NCBI RefSeq assembly: GCF_006345805.1
Contig: NW_021835762.1
Coordinates: 1-38,758, forward strand
Length of the DNA: 38,758 nt
DNA from: Octopus sinensis
Taxonomy: Eukaryota
Direction of reading: 5' to 3'
The notes below the pieces were generated by a model, which had not been told where the DNA came from, ran no database searches, and saw only the letters and a list, made by a program, of their open reading frames with translations. Numbering within the stretch: position 1 is the stretch's first letter; each line of letters starts with the position of its first letter. The position numbers were made by a program, and so were the translations under genes. Shown piece after piece: positions 1-13,009 of this stretch.

Positions 1-15
1 GAAGAAGTACCGTGA

Positions 16-224
16 AGTAGTAGTAGCAGCAGCAACAACAGTAGCTTCAGCATCAGTAGTAGTAGTAGTAGTAGTATTAGGAGTAGGAGTAGGAGTAGGA
101 GTAGTAGTAGGAGTAGTAGTAGCAGTAATATTTGCATTTGTTGTTGTAGCAGATGTAATAGTAATAGTGGTATTATTTGTTGTTTCTGTTTTAGCAGCAG
201 CAGCAGTAGCAGTAGTAGTAGTTT

Positions 225-286
<62 letters not shown>
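16..286. repeat. (GTA)n / (GCA)n trinucleotide microsatellite
   Basis: Direct reading; long pure (GTA)n run at about 225-286. Confidence 0.95.
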
Positions 287-366
287 AATCATTAAAATAT
301 TCGATTTTAAAAACACTGATTTAAAAAATTGCTTGCAGCTTATTAGAACAGGGAATGATTAACACC

Positions 367-402
<36 letters not shown>

Positions 403-1260
403 ACACACACACTTATTGACATATATTATTGCATATGTACACATATGAATGCATACATACCATATATAGTATTCATACATCGCTATACATATTTAAATGC
501 ATACGCACACAGAAAATTATACGGATACATTCATACACAATGTGTTAAGGGTGTATGTATCTATGTATGTATGTATTGTGTTTGTTTGTCTGCGTGTGTT
601 TCGGTGCCTCTGTGTGTGTGTGTGTGTTTCAGTGTGTCTGCGTGTGTGCCTGTTTGTGTGTGTGTGTGTGTGTGGATACGTTGATAATTCTTGTGTTTGA
701 TAATACAAGAAATATGCCTTTATCCAAAATTTGGACCCTCAAATGATGGTAGAGACATATACATAGAAATACACGAATACATATACAGTTACAATCTTGC
801 TAGCGGTAGTTATATATATGTATGTAATTATCCGTATGTGTGTGTGTCCGTGTGTTTGTGTGTGTCTTTTTGCCTATGTGTATATATATCTGTCTATATG
901 TATATATATATATATGTATATATATGTACATTTGTATGTATATATATATGGAACTGCAATTCTATTTCATTTCTATTTCTATTTCTACATTCATTCTCCT
1001 ATTTACATCTATACTCCTTAGTTCCTTCCTTTTTCCAAAATAACTCCTTATATGGCACTCTAATTTTTCACTGCATTTATCCATCTCATCCTCTCTGATG
1101 ACCGGATATTCTTAATGTCCCAGAAACAGCTTCTCTTTATAAATGTCCTGAAAATTCCAGCCAGCCTTGGCTTTGTGTCTCATTTTATTTAATACACACA
1201 TACACAGATGTATGTATAAATACACACGCATACAGAAATAGCGAATGAGATACATACACA

Positions 1261-2111
1261 TATGTGGTCAAATCAATATGTATGCGTACTGTTGAAATAG
1301 TAAAGAAGCTAAAGCACTAAAAGTGAAGCTCCTTGGCACATATTGACGTTGATCTCTGCTGTTCATGTGCACTATGTATTAACATTCAAGCTCACTTCCG
1401 CTCTTAACAGAAGTGCTTGGAAGTAACGTGTGTAGCGTGTTGTCGCCGCATTGACCATGACAACTGAGCAGAGAATCTACATCAAATTTTGCGAAAAGCA
1501 TGGCGATGTCTGCTCAGAGGACTATGCAATGTTTTCATCGTTCTCGACACAATCAAGAAGATCTTGTGCAACTGAAACCTGAGTGTCCTTTTGGTCAGCT
1601 TAAATCGATGTTGGTACAAGCATGGCAGACACGCGTCTCATGCTGAAATCTTCAGTGATAATAATCTGAACTGAACCGTAACTAATCTACACATCGTCTG
1701 ATAACCTACGGATGGTGATTCGACGATTTCCCCTCAATGCTGTACACAGATCTGTGATGTTTTTCTCAGTTCTGTTTGTTGCTAGTCTCCCGGAACGATA
1801 GTCACTATAGACATTTTTTTCGACTCATATGCAACTATCCATACACTTTCTACATCTTTGCATAGGCCTCTAAACAGACATCACCAAGCTCTTGGCAAAA
1901 TCTGATGCTGATTCATGGTCAATGCGACGATCACACGCTACACACCTTCCTTCCAAGCACTGCTGTAAACAGAAAAAGTGAGCTAGAACGTTAAAACTTA
2001 GTGCGCATGCACAGCAGCGCTCAAGGTCAATTTTTCACAGCGGTTTTTCTCTGAATGCTTTTGCTTCGTTGTTATGGCAACAGTCCTGATCGTTATTCAT
2101 CAGGCCTTGTT
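1261..2111. mobile_element. Non-autonomous mariner derivative made of two transposase 5' ends in inverted orientation
   Basis: The + strand from 1457 reads MTTEQRIYIKFCEKHGD (mariner N-terminus). The - strand at about 1760-1530 reads LRGNRRITIRRLSDDV*ISYGSVQIIITEDFSMRRVSAMLVP...AQDLLDCVENDEN (HTH plus WVPHEL-like linker). 1261-1530 is a degenerate reverse complement of about 1855-2111, with TA dinucleotides at the outer ends. Confidence 0.8.
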
Positions 2112-2331
2112 ATATTTGTTATGTTTCTCTAGTTTACTTACAGAGAATAGAGTAATAATCCTGATAGGTGCGTTGTCTGTGGTTTAAAATACTTTTCTCG
2201 TTTACTCGCAAAGAAGAATATGCAGTGGTGCTCCAGATAAGTGTGAAGTCGAGATTCTAACAAAAACCGAGACGCCTTGTGAATGTCCTCGCGAGTTTCA
2301 GAACTATATATAGGCGCACTCTCCGTTACGT

Positions 2332-2359
2332 AAATATATATATATCTATAATATATATA

Positions 2360-2407
<48 letters not shown>

Positions 2408-2476
2408 CATAATATATTGGATAGATAGATAGATAGATATATATACTATATATATATATAGATACTATATATATAT

Positions 2477-2530
<54 letters not shown>

Positions 2531-2577
2531 CTATTATATATGCTATATATATATATATACATATTATATATATATCG
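2332..2577. repeat. (TA)n/(GATA)n compound microsatellite
   Basis: Direct reading. One of many (TA)n-rich tracts; others at about 4065-4150, 6325-6520, 7660-7885, 19740-20300, 20475-20610, 21620-21760, 24325-24480, 29390-29545 and 31170-31255. Confidence 0.95.
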
Positions 2578-3214
2578 ACTCTCTCTCTCTCTGTGTTAGG
2601 ACGCGTGTATACATACAACATACATACATACGTATATATACATATACACATACACACGTGTGTTTGTGGGAGAGAGTTTGTGTATGTGTGTTTGTTTATT
2701 TATGTGCATGTCTATGTATGTTCATGTGTATATGTGCGTACGTTTGAATGTATGCATAACTATGATTAATAGCTCTTTTCTCGAAAATCTATACTCTGCA
2801 GGTAGACACCCGATCTATTCGTAAATACTAATCGTCAGGCATTTATTTTTCCTCAGAAAACCTGCCGTAGCTAAGAATACGATTAAATAGAAAATGCAAC
2901 ACACACCTCTAATTTCTCAGCAGAGATCTCACGTTGCCTTCGTGTCTTGTACGTCGATGAATAACATGTGCAATCTGCTTAGCAGTAAATATCTGTCAAT
3001 GATAAATTCTTTCTTCTTCCGCAGACATGGCTATCTGTAGCTTAAATAAAGTGTTCTCTGATGATGCCTTGTTGTTGACGATCTACATACATTTGGAACT
3101 CCTATCGTTGGATTCCAAACGACCGTGATTAGTAAGTGTGCGTACGAACTATTATATAAGCTTGGTCTTGTCCGCAATTCTTTCTTCTAAAAAAGCTTGA
3201 AATTTTAGGGTAAG

Positions 3215-3385
3215 GATCTTGTTGAGAAACACATCCCCAGTACCCAAAAGTTCCTTAATTTAATGTCCCAGAAAGTTAAACTCGATCTCGGCGTTAGTTT
3301 GAACTCAGAACGAAAATAAACGGAAGAAATTCTGTTAGGAATTTCGTTCTGCTTGGTAACGATTCTGATAGCTCGTTACCTTATA
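3215..3385 (-). mobile_element. Degenerate SINE family A copy
   Basis: The reverse complement contains cagaatcgtta...gttctgagttcaaac..cgccgagatcga, matching the head of intact family A copies. Confidence 0.6.
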
Positions 3386-3429
3386 TCTATCTCTAATAAA
3401 GTGAAAATTGTTAGATATCCGAAAAGAAA

Positions 3430-3640
3430 CGAGCAGACAGAAACGTTAGGACGCCGGGCAAAATTCTTATCGATATTTCGTTAGGGTTTACGTTCTGAGT
3501 TCAAATTCCGTCGAGATTGACTTTGTTTTCTATCTCTTCAGGATCAATAAGATAAATATCAGTTGAGCACAGGGGTCACTGTAGTCGACTTACCCACTTC
3601 CCCTAAGTAGCAGGAATTGTGCCAAAATTTGTGATCAATA
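3430..3640 (+). mobile_element. SINE family A, short-tail variant (degenerate)
   Basis: cagaaacgttaggacgccgggc...gttctgagttcaaattccgtcgag (B box) ...ggggtc..tgtagtcgact, then the tail type seen at 26313-26508. Confidence 0.75.
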
Positions 3641-3968
3641 TTTCAGACTAAAATTTGAGATCAATGACCTCTAGCGATCTAATGGAATATATATATACAG
3701 GTTTCACTACAAAGCAAAGACGTTGTCACATATCGTTGAATTCAATTACAAGCTAATACAGCACGCAGTGCACATGTACACATTTAATAACTTAATGTCC
3801 ACATCTGTTCGTATATAAACAGAAAAATTATCAAATATCGTCATATAACTCGAATACAAACCCACACACGAGTCTGCAATTACGTTTGTGGATGATATAT
3901 AGGAACAAATAAATTAATTAAAATAAGATGTAATGTAATACACAGGCAGTTAAATGTATATATATATG

Positions 3969-4010
<42 letters not shown>

Positions 4011-4062
4011 TATGGATGAATGGATTTCTAGACATATGTACACAGTGCACAGGCAGTTTAAC

Positions 4063-4152
<90 letters not shown>

Positions 4153-5182
4153 GCATCATCACTAGCTACGCTGATGACACAAAACTATCTCAGGTAATAA
4201 AGAGTCCTGATGATGTCATAATCCTGCAGAATGACCTAAATGCAATATACAAGTGGGCAGGGCAAAATAATATGCGGTTCAATGCTAAAAAAATTCAATG
4301 CGCTACAAGGTCACAAGTGCCCCCCCCCTCTAACTGGCATACGCAGTATCTGGAGATACTGTAATCCCAGAACCACAAACAGGGAGATACCTGGGCATCA
4401 GCATGGGTAGTGAAGCATTATTTCACATGCACATTGTCAAGTTGACAGCAAAGTGCAGACAACTGGCAGGGTGGATACTGAAGACATTCAGAACAAGGGA
4501 TCGAAAAGTCGTGTTGACTCTATGGAAGACATTTGTTCTGAGCCGCCCAGACTATTGCTCTCAGTTGTGGTTACCTCACAGTGTCAAGCTGACAGCAGAA
4601 CTCGAGGCAATTCAGCGTCACTATAAAAAAAGATCGCCACAGTCCAGCAGATGAAGTACAGGGAGCGACTGAAGGCACAAAGTCTCTACTCAATGGAGCG
4701 CAGGCGGGAGAGATATGCAATAATTTACATATGGAAAATACTGGAAGGACTGGAACCAAACTTTGACATCAGGTACTACACGGATACCCGCACAGGTCGC
4801 CACTGCATAGTACCAAGGGTACCGTCCACTGCATCTCATATAAGAACAAGGTATTGCAACAGCCTCGGTTTCAGAGGACCTCAGCTCTTTAATGCCCTGC
4901 CAAAAGAATTGAGTGACCTGCAAGACATGGATATAGAAGTCTTCAAAACAAACTCGACGCTTTCCTATCCACGATACCAGACGAACCGATGGCTTGAAAT
5001 GAGACATAGTTGAGGGCAGCGATGTCAAATTCTGTTATACACCAGATATGCCATCGAAAATCTTGATTGGACTACATCAGGTGGTGGAGAAGAGCCATGC
5101 AAGGAACATTCAAAGAGCACAGCATAAGGAGGGAGAGTCATGGTGGTACTCCAGCATGACCGCAGCCACTTGGCTGAAACGA

Positions 5183-5183
<1 letters not shown>
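4153..5183 (+). mobile_element. 5'-truncated CR1-clade LINE (RT C-terminal half and 3' end, frameshifted)
   Basis: From about 4155 it reads [14 protein letters not shown]...LQNDLNAIYKWAGQNNMRFN (YADD at 4167-4178). ORF 4403-4654 has GWILKTFRTRD...LTLWKTFV..DYCSQLW. ORF 4651-5013 has ERLK..LYSMERRRERY.IIYIWKILEGL, then YCNSLGFRGPQLFNALP. These are typical CR1-group RT motifs. Confidence 0.9.
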
Positions 5184-5224
<41 letters not shown>

Positions 5225-5269
5225 CTGTCTGTCTGTTTGTATATATATATAATTGGAAAATGGAATAAA

Positions 5270-5408
5270 ACCAAGTAGTTAGCGTGAAAAACCTCATAAG
5301 GGAAAAATCCATCAATTATTCCTCTTATATATACTTATACGGTAGTTTTGACTTTAAGGGTCCCTCTTAGCGTGGGGCATTTTTGTATAGTAATGCCCTT
5401 AATATATA
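5270..5408 (+). repeat. Dispersed two-module repeat, possibly a Penelope-like terminus
   Basis: 5341-5408 matches 34541-34605 in direct orientation; 5271-5330 matches about 34625-34712 in inverted orientation. The family assignment is inference. Confidence 0.6.
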
Positions 5409-5469
5409 TATACATATATATATATATAAACGAAAAAAGCCCCAGAGAAACGAGACATACAACATAAAG

Positions 5470-5620
5470 AATATACTCCTTCTTCAGTTGTCCCTGTTTC
5501 ATCTACTCCGCAGGACGAAGGTAAGGGCAAGACGCGACTTAGTCGAAACATTCCTTCCCGCAATGTAAATTAAATAAAATTTGGGATTTTTTGCGGAGGG
5601 TGAAAGTGGTAACAAAAACA
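5470..5620 (+). repeat. Dispersed repeat; diverged inverted counterpart at about 20700-20850
   Basis: ccttcttcagt...gtttcatctact...gaagg...ttccttcccgc is shared with the reverse complement of about 20700-20850. Confidence 0.6.
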
Positions 5621-5775
5621 GGACAGTGAGAACAAAACATTAAAAAATTAAAAACAAAAAGAAAACAGTAAAACACAGAACAATGAGAACAACACAGTAG
5701 ATAGATAGATGGATGGATATATAAATATATATACATGTATAGAGAGAGAGAGCAGGGAGAGCGATATGAATACAT

Positions 5776-5807
<32 letters not shown>

Positions 5808-6342
5808 TCATGCACATCTTATATAACTATTTACCCCCACATACTGCTATATGCAACGGTCTATCCCCGTGATTTCTCCTGTTAGGTCTCAACACTCATG
5901 AACACTTCTGCCTCTAATGTTAACAATACTCGTAAATTACATACAAGCCATCATAGACATGCTCCAAAATGTAATTGCATTGATGCTCATGCACGGACGA
6001 GAACACACACAGGCACACACACAGAGTCACACACAGCCCAAACACACCCTCTCACATTTATAGGCATGCATTCCCATGTAGCTTCATATTACTCGTTCAA
6101 AAAACCAAGGTTATGCTAAAACAGGATCCTTTGCATCCTCGCAAGATGTTACTTGTTAGCATTTAAAAACGTGATCTCATGATTGCCGAAGTAGTTTTAA
6201 ACTACTCAGGATTCTATGGGACTAAATATTGTATACAAATGCATATATATATATATACTCGCATATATAGACAACGCTAAATGCAACGTATGACACATAC
6301 TGACACAATAGAACTCAGTCACGATGATATATATGCAAATAT

Positions 6343-6423
<81 letters not shown>

Positions 6424-6478
6424 GTACACATACACACACGTACATATATACGTAATATATATTCTATATAATTACATG

Positions 6479-6515
<37 letters not shown>

Positions 6516-6727
6516 GCATGTATAACTATAGAATAGCTGCATATGAGTACATGCATATATGCATGATACTGCATACACATACTTATACATATATACATAC
6601 CTACACATGCGCACACTGATATATACATATATATATATACATATATTTCTGAATGAATGCATCGCACAAAGAGATAGAGATTATCAAAGACTCAAACTTT
6701 CACTTTCGCATAAAAGAAAATGCAGAA

Positions 6728-6824
6728 AATCATCATCATCATCATCATTATCATCATCATAACCATCATTATCATCGTCGTCGTCGTCCTCCCCCTCATC
6801 ATCATCATCATTATCATCATCATC

Positions 6825-6869
<45 letters not shown>

Positions 6870-6911
6870 GTCATCATCATTTTCATCATCATCTTCATCA
6901 CCATCATCATT
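6728..6911. repeat. (CAT)n microsatellite
   Basis: Direct reading; it generates the spurious poly-His/Ile/Met/Asp ORFs. Confidence 0.95.
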
Positions 6912-7684
6912 TTCCGCAGCAACAACTACAACATCAGCAGCAAAAGCAAGGCAGCAAAAAGCAAAAAAACAAGAAAAAACAACAAACACACAAACAATAC
7001 GAGTAGCAACTGTAACACAAGTAGCATTAATAATAAGAGAAGAGAAAGAAGAAGCGAGAAGTAAAAGAAATTCCAGAAAAACAAAAAAAAAATGCAAGGA
7101 AAAACATTAGAAGAAAGTTAACCGCCGCCACCACCGCCACCTCACTCTCGAAAAAGAAAAAAAGAAGAAAATTTGCGAAAACAACAAAAAAAAAGAAGAA
7201 AAAAAAGGAGTAACAGAAACTGATAAAAGCGAAATTGATTATTGATTGATCTCTCTGATGGAATAATCGATACTGTAAAAATACAAAGATTTTGGTGTAT
7301 TGACCAATCAGTACAGACAGATCATTATGTTACAGGAGTCTGAATAAACACACATCTTTGTATACACACGCACTCTTATATACATATGTGTATAGGCGTA
7401 TACATATAAATATATATACGCATAGAGACTAGTATTCACACACATACACACACACACACACTAACACACATACACATAATATATTTATGTATAAATGTAT
7501 GTATGTGGGCGTATTTTTGTACATCCATATAAGAATCTATGTTCGTACACAAATACACACGCGCGCATTTACATACCTACATACATATATATAGTTATAT
7601 ACACATATATGTATATGCATTCACGCACAAACACTCGCACACGTATACAATCTACAATATGTATATATATATATGTATATCTAT

Positions 7685-7727
<43 letters not shown>

Positions 7728-7835
7728 ATACAAGATATATATATGTGCATATATATATATATACATATATATCTACAATATATGATATATATATATATGT
7801 GCATATATATACATACATATGTATATATATGTATG

Positions 7836-7882
<47 letters not shown>

Positions 7883-8375
7883 CATACGAGCACACAATAG
7901 TCTAGTAGATAGATTATCCTCTCCCTTCTCCTCCCAAATTCACTCCAAACCATCAACAACACCTCCCCACCAGCCATCCACCCCCACCACTTATCCCTCA
8001 CATTCAACATTCTATAATACATACGCGTGTTTTTAAATTGACTATATAACCAAAAATATAATAGAAAATAACAGAAACGAAAATGAAATTATAATAAAAT
8101 GATAATAAAATAACAGTAAAAATAATAAAACATAACGAAAAGAGTCACAACAACCAATAAAAAGTAACAAAACAATATAAAGACAACAAAAACAGCCATA
8201 ACAACCAATAAAAGTAGCCATTTTGAAAGTAGAAAAGAACTGATAGATTTCGCTATTTTTAAATGACCCTAAAAATAATTGATGGCGGTTTTGAAATTAG
8301 TAAATTGATAAAGCATGGCTGATTCTATGAATGGTATATGAGGAATAATGGGACTTTAAATAGCACTACCAGCAT

Positions 8376-8840
8376 TATCATCACCATCATCATCATCATC
8401 ATCGCGACCACCACTACCATCACCACCACCACCACCACCACCACCACCACCACCATCGTCGCTACTACCACTACCACCACAACCACCACCATCGTCGCTA
8501 CTACCACCACCACTACCGACATTGCCTCCACTGGCAGCATCGTTATCATCATCATCATCATCATCATAATCATACTCATCATTATCATGAGTAACATCAG
8601 CATCACCATCGTCGTCGTCGTTGTGGTGATCATCAGAACAATACGATCGCTGTTATTGTTAAAGTCATTGTGGTCGTCATGACTATTACATTCGCAGGGA
8701 TCTGTACGATGACCTGGTGATGGAAATGATGATGATGATGATTGTGGTGGTGGTGGTGGTGGTGGTGGTGATGATGATGATGATGATGAAGGTGGTGATG
8801 GTGGTGGTAGTGGTGGTGGTGGTGGTAATGATGATGATAA
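8376..8840. repeat. (CAT/CAC)n tract followed by the complementary (GAT/GGT)n tract
   Basis: Direct reading: about 8376-8625 and about 8725-8840. Confidence 0.9.
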
Positions 8841-9908
8841 CAAAGATTCGTTTCATAAGCCACAAAGATGAAAGGGACATCACAAGTATGGCAATCCACG
8901 TGAGTGGGGATTTACATTAAGGTTGGAGAGAGGAAAAAGAAATGGAAAAGCAGGGAAATGGGATAGAAGTATACATAATATATATAGTATGTGGCAACAT
9001 GAGAGATGCACACCTCCTCATACAGGAGAAACTCCATCTAGGGTCTATTCAAGGAACCCTGCTTATCCATGATTATCCTAAACACCAAAGACACGAGGCA
9101 TCTCCCTGCTGTTGTTCTTCAGTCTATAGTCGCATGATTAGATTAGGGTCATCCACGCTAACCCTTTTTCCTACGTTCACTTATCTTTTCACAAATTTAC
9201 ATTGACGTGGCACTTCCCTCTCTACCCTCAATTAACTTTCCAAGTGAAGCTTAATAGGTCGACGAAGGTGTCTTTTCTCAAATGTTTTAGCCCTGTTGAC
9301 CATATAATTCTCTTTCGCCATAGCCACTAGATTGATAAACACTGCTTGCCCTGACTCGTTCATGGTGGTCTCTTGGTCGATACTTAAAATGGAGACGGTA
9401 AATAGTCCGATTCATCTCACACTCGATAAAAGCCGTTTGACATAATTACATTAGTCAGCAATAATCAGTCAATCATCGTCAGTGATTCTCCGAGGACGAC
9501 ATCGCTTTTACCCACCACAAGATTTCTATACATTGCTACCGTATATCTTCCACGAACCGCACTGCCCAATTGGCAAGGAGCAATCACTACCTGAAGATTT
9601 TCCAGATGTCAGGAACCTAACTTGGTCTTTTCTTATCCATGATTGCATTTTCACCAAAGAGACGATCTGCGGAACAACGTGTCATACAGAGACCAAACCA
9701 GTTCACCGTCCATGAAAATCTGTGTGACGTATCTGCGTATTAGAAGCCTTGACATGCCACATCCGCCATACAGAAACTGCTGGCAACAGGTTGAACGCCG
9801 GACAAGTGCAATGTGTTCTTTCCACAGAAAGCGGAGATGTAAACGTTCAAGCTCCGCAAAACGTGGATTAAGGCAAGGGAAACTGATTGGACGTTAAGAT
9901 ACTAATGA

Positions 9909-10289
9909 GAAATGCTTAGCGATGTTTCGTCTGCCGTTACGTTCTGAGTTCAAAATTCGCCGAAGTCGACTTTGCCTTTCATCCTTTCGGGGTCGATTTA
10001 ATAAGTACCAGTTACGCACTGGGGTCAATATAATCGACTTAATCCGTTTGTCTGTCCTTGTTTGTCCCCTCTGTGTGTAACTCCTTGTAGGCAGTAAAGA
10101 AATAGGTATTTCATCTGCCGTTACGTTCTGAGTTCAAATTCCGCCGACGTCGACTTTGCTTTTCATCCTTTCGTGGTCGATAAATTAAGTACCAGTAACG
10201 CACTGGAATGGATGTAATCGACTTAATCCCTTTGTCTGTTCTTGTTTGTCCCCTTGTGTTTAGCCCCTTGTGGGATATAAAGAAATAAG
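9909..10289 (+). mobile_element. SINE family A head-to-tail dimer (184-bp period)
   Basis: Two units, each with gttctgagttcaaa..cgccga.gtcgactttg..tttcatcctttc and tail gtggg...aaagaaata; junction at 10105. Confidence 0.9.
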
Positions 10290-10334
10290 ATATTAAAGAG
10301 ACGATGTGTGCATTCGTAACCTTTATTCTATTTG

Positions 10335-11630
10335 CAGAGATAATTTCTCGGCTCATTTTTGAGGTACACTAGCCAAATTGCTTGTAATCTCATCCCAGTT
10401 CTAGTACAAATGGAGATCTGTGTCAAATCAGATACCGAGCAATTTCTCTACTCAGTCTGTCCATCGTGGGCCTCTCTAATTTACGAAGTACAGGGCAACC
10501 GACTGGTTCAGATTTCTTCGGATTGCTGTGACTTCCTTTAGAATGGAAACGCATTCCTGAGCTTCCACAGTTTCTGCTACTAAGACCGTGATGCCATCCG
10601 CATTTACTGACACTGCTCTCGCGCAAATCATAGGGAATGTTCCTCAAGAGTTCTAACTTCCCCAGCAAAAGACCGGGCGCAAGAACATATAGAAGGAGGA
10701 CACCTCTGACAGATCGAACGCGAAATATAAAACGCATATGAGATGTGGCCGTTTACTTTTACCACTGAACAAGCACCAGTGTATGCGATCTTGCGACTGT
10801 GAAATGAAACCGGCTACTTTTAGGACGGCTTTCGAAGGCTTTTGATTGATTCATATTGATCAGAGCCCTAGCGATACCAGATTTGTACCCATTCTAAGAT
10901 GAAAGATATGAGGCGGGGGTTGCCATAGCTGGATTTATTAAGAATCGCACACAATTGATGTTCGTCAAACAAATTTTGCACGGCAGGACCAATTTTAAAC
11001 TTGCTTTTGGCAGGGTTCTGGTTCGGAAATGTCCGGAAATCCGCTATATTGGCGTACTTTCTCATCATAGATAACATACCTCGGATCACAGACCCAGAAA
11101 TTCTGCCATTTTGCTTCTACAAGGTCACTAAAATCATCTTTGGCCTATAACCATGAAACATATCTGCTCCTTAAACCAGACGATTTATCCCTTGCGCAAT
11201 ACATCTCGTATCCCAGATACTGTTATTGATATTTTATAGTGCTTAGTGTTTTCCGATTGTTGAGTCAGGCCGTCCACATAGGTATTGAGGTCCATAATTC
11301 TCTGTGGCTTACCGCTTCCTCTGAAGGATTTGGCAAATTTGGTGCTGAAAGGCCGTGGACATTTCCTTGGATCTGCTTAGAACAAGCCATATCTGCTTGG
11401 AACCGAGCAGAAATGGGTAATGAAGAAAATAGTTGTCCTCCCAGTAGTTGGTGGTGGCACTTGGAACGTTAACAACCAGATTAGAGAAATTTGTTTCAGA
11501 CATTGTGACATGAGGGTAGGACAGAGAGGACAGAGAGGATCTTGAGATTCGTGCTTGCATGTTACCTGTCATAGAAAGTGTGTGCCTTGCCAAGTTTGTT
11601 GTCCGCTCATACAGAATTAGTGAGGTGCTA
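10335..11630 (-). mobile_element. Degenerate Tx1/L1-clade LINE, RT region
   Basis: Minus-strand motifs occur in the expected order: DKSSGL (cf. GKSPGLDG), MNQSKAFE (cf. LDQSKAFD), SVVKVNGHIS..F.I.RS..Q.CP, LLYVLAP.LL.KLE, then SVNADGITVLV (cf. SAYADDITV). Many stops and frameshifts; ends approximate. Confidence 0.75.
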
Positions 11631-11724
11631 TTCAAATCAAATGAAATGGAAATAATAATAATAAAATAATAATAATAATAATAATAATAAAATAATAATA
11701 ATAATATTAAAATAATAATAATAG

Positions 11725-12035
11725 ATGCCCTGATGCAGTACCAGGCAGTGGCTCTGGTGGCTTCTGATCTTTAACATCTTTAACATCCTTAAATAATTCT
11801 TATTCAGGGACATTTAGAGCGGGATGGGCTACTCGACCAGAAGAAAATTCTAACTGAGCCCCACCTGCAAGTTCATGCAATGTTTATCTTGATATGAGAT
11901 CACCATGTCGTGCACATATAGTTGAGATGCCTGTGTCTGGTGTAACCTTATCAGACGGATAGCCATGATGGATATACTGGGCTTCGTATATTTTACCCCA
12001 GTGTCACTTTGATGGCATGCACTGCTCTCTCACTC
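11725..12035 (+). mobile_element. Element X, internally deleted copy (non-coding, flanked by (TAA)n)
   Basis: Same 5' end (atgccctgatgcagtaccaggcagtggctct) and 3' end (gatggcatg.actgctctctcactc) as 13261-13816, but lacking about 250 bp of the middle. Confidence 0.8.
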
Positions 12036-12078
12036 ATTAATAATGATAATAATAACACTAATAATAATAATAATAATA

Positions 12079-12147
<69 letters not shown>

Positions 12148-12171
12148 CTGCACTAAACTGCAGTAAATAGT

Positions 12172-13009
12172 AAATACTGCACTAAACTAAACGCAAAAGA
12201 AATAGACAAAGAAAAATCCCAGCAATGGTTGAGAAGCTCAGGACTCAAAGCAGTAACAGAGGGATTTTTAATTGCAGCACAAGACCAAAGCCTCCCCACC
12301 AGAAATTACCAAAAACATGTAATGAAAAGAAATATTACAAGTAACTGCAGAATATGTGGAGATGGACAAGAAACAATAAATCATATTATCTCTGGCTGCT
12401 CAGTCCTGGCTAAGAAGGAATATATTCACAGACATGACAGAGTTGGAACCTACATACATTGGAAGCTATGCCAACATTATGGAATAACAACAGAAAAAAG
12501 ATGGTATAGGCACACACCAGAAAAGGTCACAGAAAACGAGAAAGCAACCATACTCTGGGATATGCCGATACACACAGATAGAGAAATTAAGGCCAACAGA
12601 CCAGATATAGTTGTCAGAGATCATGAAGAAAAAAAATGCTTTCTAATTGATGTATCAATACCGGCAGATGACAACGTGTCTCTAAAAGAAATGGAGAAAC
12701 TCTCAAAATACAAAGACCTGGAAATAGAGGTAACTAGAATGTGGAATCTGAAAACAGAAACAATTCCTATCATAGTAAGTGCATTAGGCATGATAAAAGA
12801 ATATTCAGACAAATACATAACAAAAACACCAGGACTTACAAACACATATAACATACAGAAAATTGCACTACTAGGCACTGCACACATCCTACGCAGAACA
12901 CTTTCCATACAATAACCATCAGAGCATCACAACAAATCACAGCACATACCCAAGGCACGCAGAGCTGCGCTCGGTAGTGAAGTGAAAGCACGCTATAAAA
13001 ATAAAACTA

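Noticed and set aside
355-1098. ORFs rich in Tyr/Ile/Cys/Val/His/Thr here and throughout the window
   Set aside because: They are translations of (TA)n, (CA)n and (TG)n repeats, with no domain or codon structure.
6653-7097. Poly-His / poly-Asp / poly-Met ORFs
   Set aside because: All frames of a (CAT)n tract are open by construction; there is no splice or domain support.
9400-9890. Possible RTE-clade LINE remnant (minus; ELERLHLRFLW, WFG)
   Set aside because: Only short, low-information motif matches; needs a tblastn/HMM search.
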